The position numbers and the translations under genes are program-made. The notes below the pieces were generated by a model, which worked only from the letters and a program-made list of their open reading frames with translations, had not been told where the DNA came from and did not search any database. From the sequence record MT782071.1: 64,000 nt of DNA; one strand, given 5' to 3'. This document shows positions 43,649 to 53,527 of the stretch, one piece after another. Within the stretch, counting starts at the first letter, position 1. Every line of letters starts with the position of its first letter. The stretch is from Escherichia phage JN02.

Positions 43649-45217
43649 ATGACTACTATCAAAACTAAAGCTCAGCTCGTAGACAAATGGAAAGAACTGC
43701 TGGAAGGTGAAGGCCTGCCGGAAATCGCTAATAGCAAGCAGGCTATTATCGCTAAAATCTTCGAAAACCAGGAAAAAGATTTCGAAGTATCCCCTGAATA
43801 TAAAGACGAGAAAATCGCTCAGGCATTTGGTTCTTTCTTGACCGAAGCTGAAATTGGTGGTGACCACGGTTATAATGCTCAGAACATCGCAGCAGGTCAA
43901 ACCTCTGGTGCAGTAACCCAAATTGGGCCAGCAGTTATGGGTATGGTTCGTCGTGCTATTCCTAATCTGATCGCTTTTGATATTTGTGGTGTTCAGCCTA
44001 TGAACAGCCCTACCGGTCAGGTATTTGCTCTCCGTGCAGTATATGGTAAAGACCCTATCGCTGCTGGCGCTAAAGAAGCTTTCCATCCGATGTATGCCCC
44101 AGACGCGATGTTCTCTGGTCAGGGTGCTGCTAAGAAATTCCCAGCTCTGGCTGCTGACACTACTACTGTTGTAGGTGATATCTATACTCACTTCTTCCAA
44201 GAAACTGGTACTGTATATCTGCAAGCTTCTGCTGTAGTAACACTTGATTCTGGTGCAACTGATGCAGCTAAATTAGATGCCGAAGTTAAGAAACACATGG
44301 AAGCTGGTGCACTGGTAGAAATCGCTGAAGGTATGGCTACTTCTATCGCTGAACTTCAGGAAGGCTTCAATGGTTCTACCGACAACCCGTGGAACGAAAT
44401 GGGCTTCCGTATCGACAAACAAGTTATTGAAGCTAAATCTCGCCAGCTGAAAGCTGCTTACTCCATCGAATTGGCACAAGACCTCCGTGCAGTACACGGT
44501 ATGGATGCTGATGCTGAACTGAGCGGTATTCTTGCTACTGAAATTATGCTAGAAATCAACCGTGAAGTTGTTGATTGGATTAACTACTCGGCACAGGTTG
44601 GTAAATCTGGTATGACCCTGACTCCGGGTTCTAAAGCTGGCGTATTTGACTTCCAGGACCCGATTGATATCCGTGGTGCTCGTTGGGCCGGTGAAAGCTT
44701 TAAATCTCTGTTGTTCCAGATTGATAAAGAAGCAGTTGAAATTGCTCGTCAAACCGGTCGTGGTGAAGGTAACTTCATTATCGCTTCCCGTAACGTAGTT
44801 AACGTACTGGCTTCAGTTGACACTGGTATTTCTTACGCTGCACAGGGTCTGGCTTCTGGTTTTAATACCGACACTACTAAGTCTGTATTTGCCGGTGTAC
44901 TTGGTGGTAAATACCGCGTATACATCGACCAGTATGCTAAACAGGATTACTTCACCGTTGGTTACAAAGGCGCTAACGAAATGGATGCAGGTATTTACTA
45001 TGCTCCTTACGTTGCACTTACCCCACTGCGTGGTTCCGATCCTAAGAACTTCCAGCCGGTAATGGGCTTTAAAACTCGTTACGGTATCGGTGTTAACCCG
45101 TTTGCTGAAAGTTCCCTGCAGGCTCCAGGTGCTCGCATCCAGTCCGGTATGCCGTCTATCCTGAACAGCCTTGGTAAGAACGCTTACTTCCGCCGTGTAT
45201 ATGTAAAAGGCATCTAA
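43649..45217 (+). CDS. 23: Major capsid protein gp23
   Basis: 522 aa; MTTIKTKAQLVDKWKELLEGEGLPEIANS... as in T4 gp23. Confidence 0.95.
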   Translation: MTTIKTKAQLVDKWKELLEGEGLPEIANSKQAIIAKIFENQEKDFEVSPEYKDEKIAQAFGSFLTEAEIGGDHGYNAQNIAAGQTSGAVTQIGPAVMGMVRRAIPNLIAFDICGVQPMNSPTGQVFALRAVYGKDPIAAGAKEAFHPMYAPDAMFSGQGAAKKFPALAADTTTVVGDIYTHFFQETGTVYLQASAVVTLDSGATDAAKLDAEVKKHMEAGALVEIAEGMATSIAELQEGFNGSTDNPWNEMGFRIDKQVIEAKSRQLKAAYSIELAQDLRAVHGMDADAELSGILATEIMLEINREVVDWINYSAQVGKSGMTLTPGSKAGVFDFQDPIDIRGARWAGESFKSLLFQIDKEAVEIARQTGRGEGNFIIASRNVVNVLASVDTGISYAAQGLASGFNTDTTKSVFAGVLGGKYRVYIDQYAKQDYFTVGYKGANEMDAGIYYAPYVALTPLRGSDPKNFQPVMGFKTRYGIGVNPFAESSLQAPGARIQSGMPSILNSLGKNAYFRRVYVKGI

Positions 45218-45241
45218 TCTTAATTGATTAAATCTTATTTT

Positions 45242-45266
45242 GGGAGACTTCGGTCTCCCTTTTTTG
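45242..45266 (+). terminator. Rho-independent terminator after gene 23 (gggagac-UUCG-gtctccc, T6)
   Basis: Perfect stem, UUCG tetraloop, T-tract. Confidence 0.75.
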
Positions 45267-45269
45267 GTT

Positions 45270-45539
45270 TTATTTCTGTGCAATTTCGATGTAAGTTTTC
45301 AAAATATTTTGCCAATTAGGCATACCTTCTTGGACATATGCCGGAGAGCCGTCTTTGTTTTTGAATGACGCAAGTTTATCAGTGGCCCAATAACCTTTAG
45401 CTCGAGCTTCAGAATCAACTTTCATCCATACTTTGTTGAAGGCATTACCATTAACTTTTGCACCATATTTTTCTACTAACTTAACTGCTTCAGCTTCTAG
45501 AACTTTTAAAGTATCTCGTAAGAAACGTGCTTTAGTCAT
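45270..45539 (-). CDS. Hypothetical protein, 89 aa, between genes 23 and 24
   Basis: ORF in track; strong AGGAG Shine-Dalgarno and own early promoter. Confidence 0.5.
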   Translation of the reverse strand: MTKARFLRDTLKVLEAEAVKLVEKYGAKVNGNAFNKVWMKVDSEARAKGYWATDKLASFKNKDGSPAYVQEGMPNWQNILKTYIEIAQK

Positions 45540-45569
45540 TTTGTTTACTCCTCTGTAGTTGATAAGTCT

Positions 45570-45599
45570 ATAGTATCACATACCAAATACGTTGTAAAC
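45570..45599 (-). promoter_or_regulatory. Early promoter cassette (-35 GTTTAC, -10 TACTAT)
   Basis: About 40 nt identical to the cassette at 9278-9320. Confidence 0.5.
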
Positions 45600-45605
45600 A
45601 ATCTT

Positions 45606-45613
45606 TATAAATA
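45606..45613 (+). promoter_or_regulatory. Late promoter TATAAATA (gene 24)
   Basis: Exact octamer 28 nt upstream of gp24 ATG. Confidence 0.6.
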
Positions 45614-45640
45614 ATCTATATCACATAAGGAAAAAATGCA

Positions 45641-46924
45641 ATGAGTAAAATCCAAAAATTATTGCGTGAATCTACAACGTCTACTAGCAACTCAATTGGT
45701 CGCCCAAATCTCGTTGCTTTGACTCGCGCTACGACTAAATTAATATATTCTGACATTGTAGCAACACAAAGAACTAATCAGCCTGTTGCTGCTTTTTATG
45801 GTATCAAATATCTTAACCCAGATAACGAATTCACATTTAAAACTGGTGCTACTTATGCGGGTGAAGTTGGATATGTAGACCGAGAAAAAATTACTGAGCT
45901 CACAGAAGAATCAAAAGTCACACTAAATAAAGGCGATTTTTTCAAATATAATAATATCGTCTATAAAGTGTTAGAAGATACACCATTTGCAGATATTCAA
46001 GAAAGTGATCTAGAATTAGCTCTTCAGATTGCAGTCGTTCATTTAAAGGTACGGTTATTTTCAGATGCAGCGGTAACAAGCAAATTTGAAAGCTCTGATA
46101 GCGAAATTTCTGATGCAAGATTCCAGATTAATAAATGGCAAACTTCAGTCAAATCTCGTAAACTTAAAACTGGACTCACGGTTGAATTAGCGCAAGATTT
46201 GGAAGCGAATGGATTTGATGCCCCTAACTTCTTAGAAGATTTGCTTGCTACTGAAATGGCCGATGAAATTAATAAAGATATTCTTCAGTCTTTAATTACT
46301 GTATCGAAACGTTATAAAGTTACTGGAATTACTGACACCGGATTTATTGACTTGAGCTATGCATCCGCTCCAGAAGCAGGACGTTCATTATATCGAATGG
46401 TGTGTGAAATGGTATCACACATTCAAAAAGAGACAACTTATACTGCAACGTTTTGTGTAGCCTCAGCTCGTGCAGCTGCTATTCTTGCTGCTTCTGGTTG
46501 GTTAAAACATAAGCCAGAAGATGACAAGTATCTTTCACAAAATGCTTATGGATTCTTGGCAAATGGATTACCTCTTTACTGTGATACCAACAGTCCGTTA
46601 GATTATGTTATTGTGGGTGTTGTAGAAAATATCGGCGAAAAAGAAATTGTAGGGTCCATCTTTTATGCTCCATACACTGAAGGAGTAGATTTAGATGACC
46701 CGGAACATGTTGGTGCATTTAAAGTTGTAGTTGATCCAGAAAGCTTGCAACCGTCTATCGGATTATTGGTTAGATATGCTTTATCAGCAAATCCTTACAC
46801 AGTAGCAAAAGACGAAAAAGAAGCGAGAATAATTGATGGTGGGGACATGGATAAAATGGCAGGACGTTCAGACTTGTCTGTTTTACTCGGTGTTAAATTG
46901 CCTAAAATTATTATAGATGAATAA
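45641..46924 (+). CDS. 24: Head vertex protein gp24
   Basis: 427 aa as in T4. Confidence 0.9.
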   Translation: MSKIQKLLRESTTSTSNSIGRPNLVALTRATTKLIYSDIVATQRTNQPVAAFYGIKYLNPDNEFTFKTGATYAGEVGYVDREKITELTEESKVTLNKGDFFKYNNIVYKVLEDTPFADIQESDLELALQIAVVHLKVRLFSDAAVTSKFESSDSEISDARFQINKWQTSVKSRKLKTGLTVELAQDLEANGFDAPNFLEDLLATEMADEINKDILQSLITVSKRYKVTGITDTGFIDLSYASAPEAGRSLYRMVCEMVSHIQKETTYTATFCVASARAAAILAASGWLKHKPEDDKYLSQNAYGFLANGLPLYCDTNSPLDYVIVGVVENIGEKEIVGSIFYAPYTEGVDLDDPEHVGAFKVVVDPESLQPSIGLLVRYALSANPYTVAKDEKEARIIDGGDMDKMAGRSDLSVLLGVKLPKIIIDE

Positions 46925-46926
46925 AC

Positions 46927-46959
46927 AAAAAAAAGGGACCTTACGGTCCCTTTTTTTTT
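46927..46959. terminator. Bidirectional rho-independent terminator (A8-gggacc-ttac-ggtccc-T9)
   Basis: Perfect hairpin flanked by A-run and T-run between convergent gp24 and rnlB. Confidence 0.75.
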
Positions 46960-46960
46960 G

Positions 46961-47968
46961 TTATGATACTAATTCAATCCATGCAGGACGCAGAACATCT
47001 TGCACCATTCGGACTAATTCTTTCTTAACAAGATTCGGATTATCAGATGATGTTAATACAATACCTTCACGAGAAGTTTCTTCCAGAATATCTTGAACAG
47101 TCAATCCCATCACTTTACCAAAATCTTTTGGCGTTACAGTCCCAATCTTAGAAATCACATTATTAACACGATTTAATGTAACATAACAAGCTAGAACATC
47201 AAGCAGGTTTTTGTCAATTTCGGTTAATGGAACCTGAGTTTTAACAGGCTTATCAGACTTTTTCTTTTCACTGAATTTAGAGTTCTTGCACTTAATAGCT
47301 ACACGAGTACCGTTTGACAGCCATTTAGGGAAACAGGGCTTCAGAACATAACCTTCTGCTGTATTATCGCCAATAACATTAGCATCAAATACACAATTAT
47401 TTGCTTCTACAAGGTCTTCTGATGCAGTAGAATTATAAGCGGCTAAGACAGAATCAAGGTCATTTGGAATCATGATAAGAGAATCAAATGTTCCACGACC
47501 AAGCATTGGTGCCATTTTAAAACCAAACGTATTACAGAAATCTTGCATTTCGTAATCACTCATATAATAAGTATCATCACTTTCCGTGTTTATGATGATA
47601 TCGAACACATAAAAATCTTTTTCACCGTAGTCAACACCTTTCTGGATTCCACCACCAGCGAATTCACCAAAGACTTGATATGACACCGGCACTGAAGTTG
47701 AAATACTTTCCATGACTTCTTGAACGGCTTTAATAGCTTTATCATACTTCTTAAGTACGATTTCATAACCATAAAAATCTTCTGCTGGAAGAATAGGGCC
47801 TGTGCGCTTGGCGCATGTGACGTTGTCACGTTCAATTATTAACGAGAAGTTGGTCCCATGGATTTTCTCACGTGCTACCCAAACACCGGTAGTCAAACCA
47901 TTAGTGTAGAGTTTTTCAATAAACTTAGAGTTGTAGTGGTTTTCAAGACTGCTGTATTTCTTAAACAT
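46961..47968 (-). CDS. rnlB: RNA ligase 2
   Basis: [20 protein letters not shown]... matches T4 Rnl2 N-terminus; 335 aa. Confidence 0.9.
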   Translation of the reverse strand: MFKKYSSLENHYNSKFIEKLYTNGLTTGVWVAREKIHGTNFSLIIERDNVTCAKRTGPILPAEDFYGYEIVLKKYDKAIKAVQEVMESISTSVPVSYQVFGEFAGGGIQKGVDYGEKDFYVFDIIINTESDDTYYMSDYEMQDFCNTFGFKMAPMLGRGTFDSLIMIPNDLDSVLAAYNSTASEDLVEANNCVFDANVIGDNTAEGYVLKPCFPKWLSNGTRVAIKCKNSKFSEKKKSDKPVKTQVPLTEIDKNLLDVLACYVTLNRVNNVISKIGTVTPKDFGKVMGLTVQDILEETSREGIVLTSSDNPNLVKKELVRMVQDVLRPAWIELVS

Positions 47969-48087
47969 AAATCACCATTATAAATAATAATATCAAAATA
48001 ATTAGCAGAGACTCTATCTCTGGCCCGATGTTTAATTTGAATGGATAGAACCTAGATTCATTATACCATCAAAAAATGTAAAGCATA

Positions 48088-48339
48088 CTAGAACTTGATT
48101 TCTATCCAATGCCCATCACGCTGGTCGTGATTAATTTTGTACTGAAAGCCGTTATCACGGAACCACTGCCCAATTTGCTCGGTGATAGTTAAATCATTCT
48201 TTGAGGGATAGTACGTAAATTGTGTCTGACCTTTGTCAGCGGCTTTCTCTGCCATCACAGAGAAGTTAGTAATAAAATCTTTCAACAAATTGGCTTTAGT
48301 GGCCAGGGCCCTTTCTCTTAATTCCTGTGCAAAACTCAT
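48088..48339 (-). CDS. Hypothetical protein (24.2-like position), 83 aa
   Basis: ORF in track. Confidence 0.5.
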   Translation of the reverse strand: MSFAQELRERALATKANLLKDFITNFSVMAEKAADKGQTQFTYYPSKNDLTITEQIGQWFRDNGFQYKINHDQRDGHWIEIKF

Positions 48340-48542
48340 TTCTTCACCTTTTTGTTAATCAAACGTTTACGGTATACAACTTTTTCTTTTGCTTTAAACT
48401 TTGACCGAGCTGTCTCGGCTTTAGTCCATAGTAATCCAACTTCTTTAGGTTGTAAACCAATTTTTTGAGCAATTTCTACGAATGAAAATCCCGCCTCATG
48501 TAATGTATAAACTTCAACTTCAGCTCTCATAATCAATCCCAT
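48336..48542 (-). CDS. Hypothetical protein (24.3-like position), 68 aa
   Basis: ORF in track. Confidence 0.5.
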   Translation of the reverse strand: MGLIMRAEVEVYTLHEAGFSFVEIAQKIGLQPKEVGLLWTKAETARSKFKAKEKVVYRKRLINKKVKK

Positions 48543-48600
48543 ATTATTTGGTTTGTGCCATTATATACATCAATCTCAAGTTGTGTTTTGTATGCTTTAA

Positions 48601-48626
48601 AAACGAAGAAAGGGGCCGAAGCCCCT
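48601..48626 (-). terminator. Terminator after hoc (aggggc-UUCG-gcccct on minus strand)
   Basis: Hairpin with T-rich tail on minus strand. Confidence 0.5.
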
Positions 48627-48631
48627 TACGA

Positions 48632-50050
48632 TTATGGATATGTATAGATGATACCAGTTTCTAAAGCAGTTTTATGGATGACGTATCCATTACGTGATTC
48701 TTGAACATCAACTTCCGGATAGTCTTTCATCATCTTCTGAAGTGTGTAACGATGCAAGTAGTACTTACTATCTGGATCTTCAGTTTTCCAATCTTTACCT
48801 TCTTCAGTCATTTTTTGGATTTCATCCATAACCCACCATCCGCACCAGATGTAAGCTGAAGTACGATGTGGAAGAGGATGAACATAAGGTAGTTCACCTT
48901 CTGGTTCTGGAGCAACTTTATCGGTTACCTGAACTTGACCTTCTGCTGTAATAGTTTTGCTATCGTAATCAGTTGCAGTAATAGTTGCAGTAACTTCAAT
49001 AGTTTGACTTCCAATAGATGAGGTATCAACAGTATATACATTAGTTGACCCTTCTACAGGAGAAGAATCTTTCTTCCACGAGTAAGTAATTTGTGCTGCG
49101 TCAGGTGCGCCAGTAACATTAGCAGTAAATGTAGCCGAAGCATCTTGTTGAACATTAATAGAAGGAGGAGTCAATGTAATCTGTGGATTCATTGTCTTCT
49201 TATTAACCGTTAATGATACTTCATTCGAAGTAACTTCCTTTGCATCATAATCTGTCGCTGTTACTTGGGCTACACACTTAATTTTTTTAACTCCACTTGT
49301 AGTTGGAGTATAGCTAAATGTAGAGTTAGTTTCTCCACCAACCTGTGAATCATCTACATACCACTGATACGTAGCAGACGCTCCAACCGGTTGAGAAGCT
49401 AAGGCAGCAGTAAATTGAACTTGGGTTCCAATTACTCCGGCCGAAGGACTATTGGGAGTTACTGCCAACGTAGTTGTCTGTGTCTTTTTATTAACAGTCA
49501 GTGACACTTCATTAGAAGTAACGCTTAGTGCATCATAATCTGCCGCAGTTACTTGAGCTACACACTTGATTTTTTTAACTCCGCTTGTAGAAGGAGTGTA
49601 ATTGAATGTAGCGGAAGTTGCTTCGCCAACAGGAGAATCATCTACATACCATTGATAAGTAGCGTTTGCGCCTGATGGCTGCGAAGCTAAAGCGGCAGTA
49701 AATTGAACTTGGGTTCCAATTACTCCAGCGTCAGGGCTATTAGGAGTTACAGCTAAGGTAGTCGTTTGTGTCTTGTTTTGAACTGTGATAGTTGTAGAAG
49801 CTTCTGCTGTTTCAGCTTCAGCTTCCGGAACTGTATTTGTTGCAACTACTTTAATAGTCTTTTGACCTGCAGGTCCTTTTAGTACATAACTAAAAGTTGC
49901 TTCAGCTCCATCTTGTGGAACATCATCTACAGTCCAAGCATATGTAATAGTTCCACCTCCAGTTTCACCACTGGGAGTAGCAGTAAACTGCTTAGTCTCA
50001 TCTATAACTCCAGTAGGTGTTTTAGGAGTTATATCAACTGTAAAAGCCAT
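48632..50050 (-). CDS. hoc: Highly immunogenic outer capsid protein Hoc with expanded Ig-like repeats
   Basis: 472 aa; tandem Ig-like domains; position between 24.x and inh as in T4. Confidence 0.85.
   Translation of the reverse strand: MAFTVDITPKTPTGVIDETKQFTATPSGETGGGTITYAWTVDDVPQDGAEATFSYVLKGPAGQKTIKVVATNTVPEAEAETAEASTTITVQNKTQTTTLAVTPNSPDAGVIGTQVQFTAALASQPSGANATYQWYVDDSPVGEATSATFNYTPSTSGVKKIKCVAQVTAADYDALSVTSNEVSLTVNKKTQTTTLAVTPNSPSAGVIGTQVQFTAALASQPVGASATYQWYVDDSQVGGETNSTFSYTPTTSGVKKIKCVAQVTATDYDAKEVTSNEVSLTVNKKTMNPQITLTPPSINVQQDASATFTANVTGAPDAAQITYSWKKDSSPVEGSTNVYTVDTSSIGSQTIEVTATITATDYDSKTITAEGQVQVTDKVAPEPEGELPYVHPLPHRTSAYIWCGWWVMDEIQKMTEEGKDWKTEDPDSKYYLHRYTLQKMMKDYPEVDVQESRNGYVIHKTALETGIIYTYP
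49202..49777 (-). repeat. Tandem duplication (2 x about 288 bp) of one Ig-like domain inside hoc
   Basis: Two consecutive 96-aa units nearly identical at protein and nucleotide level. Confidence 0.8.
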
Positions 50051-50059
50051 AAGTTATCC

Positions 50060-50728
50060 TTATTTTAATGTTACGAAAGAAGAATTACGAGTTTCACGAA
50101 TTAGAACTGATCCATCGCGATTAATATAATAAATTAAGCTAAATAATGTTTGGTGAGCAGAAGCATGCACAAAACTAGTTGGGCGAGATTTCCAATCTGG
50201 GGTTTCGGCTATCCATTGATAAATCCACCAAGGAACAGTAACATATCCTGGGCCTTTGCCTAATTTAATGAGTGTAGGACTAAAATTTTCAGGCAGAACA
50301 AATTTTACTTCTTTATTTACCTCTGCCTCAGGCTCTTTTTCAGATTCAACAACCTGAGTAATTGCTTCTTCGAATTTATCATGGTCGAATTCTTTTTCTT
50401 GTTCGACAACTTCTAATACTTCAACTTGTTCTGTTGGAGAATCAAACAACAGAATAGCTTCTTCTTTAACTTCTTCGTTGGTGAAATTAACACCGTCTAC
50501 ATCATCTGCGGCAGTAATTAAATCAGTGATAGATAATCCATCAGTTTCAGGTAATGGTTCATCAGCCAGTGCGTTAAGAGCTTCTTCGATATCAATAACA
50601 ATATTATCGAATGATTTTGATTTCTTAACACTAATGCCAAATTGTTCCGCATATTCAAACAGTTTAGCTTTGGCTTCCTTTTTATCAGAAAGAGCACGTA
50701 ACTCTTCAATATAGTCTTTATCGATCAT
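50060..50728 (-). CDS. inh: Inhibitor of prohead protease (Inh)-like protein
   Basis: 222 aa acidic protein downstream of hoc. Confidence 0.7.
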   Translation of the reverse strand: MIDKDYIEELRALSDKKEAKAKLFEYAEQFGISVKKSKSFDNIVIDIEEALNALADEPLPETDGLSITDLITAADDVDGVNFTNEEVKEEAILLFDSPTEQVEVLEVVEQEKEFDHDKFEEAITQVVESEKEPEAEVNKEVKFVLPENFSPTLIKLGKGPGYVTVPWWIYQWIAETPDWKSRPTSFVHASAHQTLFSLIYYINRDGSVLIRETRNSSFVTLK

Positions 50729-50741
50729 GATATTTCCTCAT

Positions 50742-50749
50742 TATAAATA
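50742..50749 (+). promoter_or_regulatory. Late promoter TATAAATA (uvsW)
   Basis: Exact octamer upstream of uvsW. Confidence 0.55.
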
Positions 50750-50778
50750 TAATTATATTTATTACATGGTAATTTGAC

Positions 50779-52293
50779 ATGACTGACATTAAAGTACACT
50801 TTTATGATTTTAGTCACGTGCGCATTGAATGCGACGAAAGTACGTTTTACGAACTTCGTGACTTTTTTAGCTTTGAAGCTGACGGGTATAAATTTAACCC
50901 AAAATATCGCTATGGGCAATGGGATGGTAGAATTCGACTTTTAGATTACAACCGTTTGTTACCATATGGACTTGTAGGACAAATAAAAAAGTTCTGTAAC
51001 AATATGAGTTATTCTGTATGGATTGATCCTAAAATCTTTGAGACCGAAGACCTTACCAGGGAAGATTTTGACGCATGGCTTTCTAAACAAGAAATTTATT
51101 CGGGCAACTCCAAAATCGAACCACATTGGTATCAAAAAGATGCGGTATATGAAGGTCTAGTTAATCGTCGTCGAATTTTAAACCTTCCGACATCAGCAGG
51201 TAAATCACTAATCCAAGCACTTTTAGCTCGATACTATCTAGAGAACTATGAAGGTAAAATTCTCATTATCGTCCCTACAACAGCATTGACAACCCAGATG
51301 GCTAATGATTTTGTTGATTATCGCTTGTTTAGTCATTCGATGATTAAGAAAATTGGCGGTGGTGCTGATAAAGCAGACAGAGCTAAAAACGACGCTCCAA
51401 TTATTGTTGGCACATGGCAAACGGTAGTTAAGCAGCCTAAAGAATGGTTCTCTCAGTTCGGTATGATGATGAACGATGAATGCCACTTAGCAACAGGCAA
51501 AAGTATTTCTTCAATCATCTCAGGATTAAATAATTGCATGTTTAAATTCGGTTTATCTGGCTCATTAAGAGACGGAAAAGCCAATGTAATGCAGTACGTA
51601 GGTATGTTCGGCGAAATCTTCCGTCCTGTTAGCACGTCTAAATTAATGGAAGACGGACAGGTAACTGAGCTTAAGATTAATAGTATTTTCCTTCGTTATC
51701 CGGACGAATTCACCGTTAAATTAAAAGGTAAAACATACCAAGAAGAAGTTAAAATTATTACCGGACTAAAACGACGTACAAAGTGGATTGCTCAACTTTC
51801 AGTCAAATTGGCTAAGAAAGACGAGAACGCCTTTGTAATGTTTAAACACGTTACACACGGTAAAGAAATATTTGAAGCTATTAAAGAGCTTGGATACGAA
51901 AAAGTTTATTACGTATCAGGTGAAGTTGATACTGAAACACGTAACGCGCTTAAAGTCATGGCAGAAAATGGTAAAGGCATTATTATTGTCGCATCATATG
52001 GAGTATTCTCTACTGGTATTTCAGTCAAGAATCTTCATCATGTTATTTTCGCCCATGGTGTTAAATCAAAAATTATCGTACTTCAAACCGTAGGTCGAGT
52101 GCTTCGTAAGCATGGTTCTAAAGCTGTTGCTACAGTTTGGGATCTCATCGATGACGCAGGTGTAAAACCTAAATCATTAAATACTAAAAAGAAGTATACT
52201 CATCTTAATTACTTGTTAAAACACGGTATTGATCGTATCCAACGTTACGCTGATGAGAAATTTAACTATGTAATGAAAACAATTAATTTATAA
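50779..52293 (+). CDS. uvsW: UvsW DNA/RNA helicase
   Basis: 504 aa; SF2 helicase-type motifs (TSAGKS, DECH). Confidence 0.9.
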   Translation: MTDIKVHFYDFSHVRIECDESTFYELRDFFSFEADGYKFNPKYRYGQWDGRIRLLDYNRLLPYGLVGQIKKFCNNMSYSVWIDPKIFETEDLTREDFDAWLSKQEIYSGNSKIEPHWYQKDAVYEGLVNRRRILNLPTSAGKSLIQALLARYYLENYEGKILIIVPTTALTTQMANDFVDYRLFSHSMIKKIGGGADKADRAKNDAPIIVGTWQTVVKQPKEWFSQFGMMMNDECHLATGKSISSIISGLNNCMFKFGLSGSLRDGKANVMQYVGMFGEIFRPVSTSKLMEDGQVTELKINSIFLRYPDEFTVKLKGKTYQEEVKIITGLKRRTKWIAQLSVKLAKKDENAFVMFKHVTHGKEIFEAIKELGYEKVYYVSGEVDTETRNALKVMAENGKGIIIVASYGVFSTGISVKNLHHVIFAHGVKSKIIVLQTVGRVLRKHGSKAVATVWDLIDDAGVKPKSLNTKKKYTHLNYLLKHGIDRIQRYADEKFNYVMKTINL

Positions 52294-52318
52294 GGGCTTC
52301 GGCCCTTAGGAGATAAAA

Positions 52319-52552
52319 ATGGTACTTGAATTTAAACAATTTTTATACGAAGCATCTATTGACGAATTCATGGGTAAAATTGCTAGTTGTCATACCTTAG
52401 AAGGGCTTGAAGAGTTGGAAGCTTATTATAAGAAACGTATAAAAGAAACGGAATTAAAAGATACAGATGATATTTCTGTCAGGGATGCCTTAGCAGGTAA
52501 GCGTGCCGAACTTGAAGGCGACGATGATGAGGATGAGGAAGAAGACTTCTAA
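52319..52552 (+). CDS. uvsW.1: UvsW.1-like small acidic protein
   Basis: 77 aa; AGGAG Shine-Dalgarno; immediately downstream of uvsW. Confidence 0.7.
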   Translation: MVLEFKQFLYEASIDEFMGKIASCHTLEGLEELEAYYKKRIKETELKDTDDISVRDALAGKRAELEGDDDEDEEEDF

Positions 52553-52568
52553 TTAAAAAAAGGCCCGA

Positions 52569-52595
52569 CCTTTTTGGAAGGGCCAAAACCATAGG
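52569..52595 (-). terminator. Terminator (hairpin followed by T7 on minus strand)
   Basis: ggccc...gggcc stem followed by plus-strand A7. Confidence 0.45.
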
Positions 52596-52619
52596 CAAAA
52601 AAGGTAACACTATAGTAAA

Positions 52620-52787
52620 AGTTGGGTTTCGTTCAATTGCTCTTCTGAACTTTCTGAAACCGGCATTTGTTGGACATAATTATAACAAGGCCCAGGATGT
52701 GCGGGACCTTTGTCTGTTTCAACAACCAATGCAGAATCGATTGGAGTTTTACAGACAACACAAATCTTATCTGACATGATTGCCTCC
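52620..52787 (-). CDS. Small Cys-rich protein (uvsY.-2 position), 55 aa
   Basis: Hand-translated ORF MSDKICVVCKTPIDS...; strong AGGAGG Shine-Dalgarno; below ORF-track cutoff. Confidence 0.45.
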
Positions 52788-52809
52788 TAAGTTGAAATTA
52801 CATATCTAT

Positions 52810-53034
52810 TTATACCACTCGCATGCACATATCGATACCCATATCTTTTGTATAAAAATACTCGTCGATGTATCCAGCAAACTTCCCTTTAATATAAAGG
52901 ACGTCTTCGCCACAAGGATGGTCTGCCAGAATACGAATGTCCTGGCGACGTAGACGATACTTTTCCATTAAGAATTTAATTTCGGTTTCAAATTCTTCAT
53001 CATTATTAAAGGCATCTTCAATTGAATAACGCAT
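52810..53034 (-). CDS. Hypothetical protein (uvsY.-1 position), 74 aa
   Basis: ORF in track. Confidence 0.55.
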   Translation of the reverse strand: MRYSIEDAFNNDEEFETEIKFLMEKYRLRRQDIRILADHPCGEDVLYIKGKFAGYIDEYFYTKDMGIDMCMRVV

Positions 53035-53447
53035 TATTGCCCCGCTTCAAATTCTCGCATATCTTGGATATGTTTAAGTGCAAAACTACGAGACTTAACT
53101 GCGTCAAGTGCACCACTACAGAACTCAAGTAAAATTCCCCAGTATTGTAAAGTGGTCTCTATTTTAAGCACGTCTTTATCTGCAGCCAGGACAGTTTTCA
53201 TTTCAGATTTCTCGTATCGGTCCATACTGAATTCATCACCGTCACCTCGTCCCGAGTAGTAGTCTAATCTTGCTTTTAGAGCAGTTTTCTTCTGAGTCTC
53301 TATACGCAACATTTCTTTACGAATAAATGAGTGCTTACGTAGCCATTTGCTGTATAACTTAACATTATTCGCCGTCTCATATTGCAACTTTGTCATATCA
53401 ATAGCTAAGTCTGCGTCTAACTCTTCCTGTAAATCTTCCAGCTTCAT
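53034..53447 (-). CDS. uvsY: Recombination mediator UvsY
   Basis: From MKLEDLQEEL, 137 aa, closely matching T4 UvsY; track ORF begins further upstream. Confidence 0.88.
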   Translation of the reverse strand: MKLEDLQEELDADLAIDMTKLQYETANNVKLYSKWLRKHSFIRKEMLRIETQKKTALKARLDYYSGRGDGDEFSMDRYEKSEMKTVLAADKDVLKIETTLQYWGILLEFCSGALDAVKSRSFALKHIQDMREFEAGQ

Positions 53448-53527
53448 AATGTTCTCTCTTTTAACTAATAATCTCCCGGCTGTATCGGAAGGACCTAAAA
53501 CCATTATACATAGGTTGCCTTGAAGCA

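Noticed and set aside
45270-45539. Homing endonuclease (segD-like) between genes 23 and 24
   Set aside because: The ORF is only 89 aa and shows no GIY-YIG or HNH motif.
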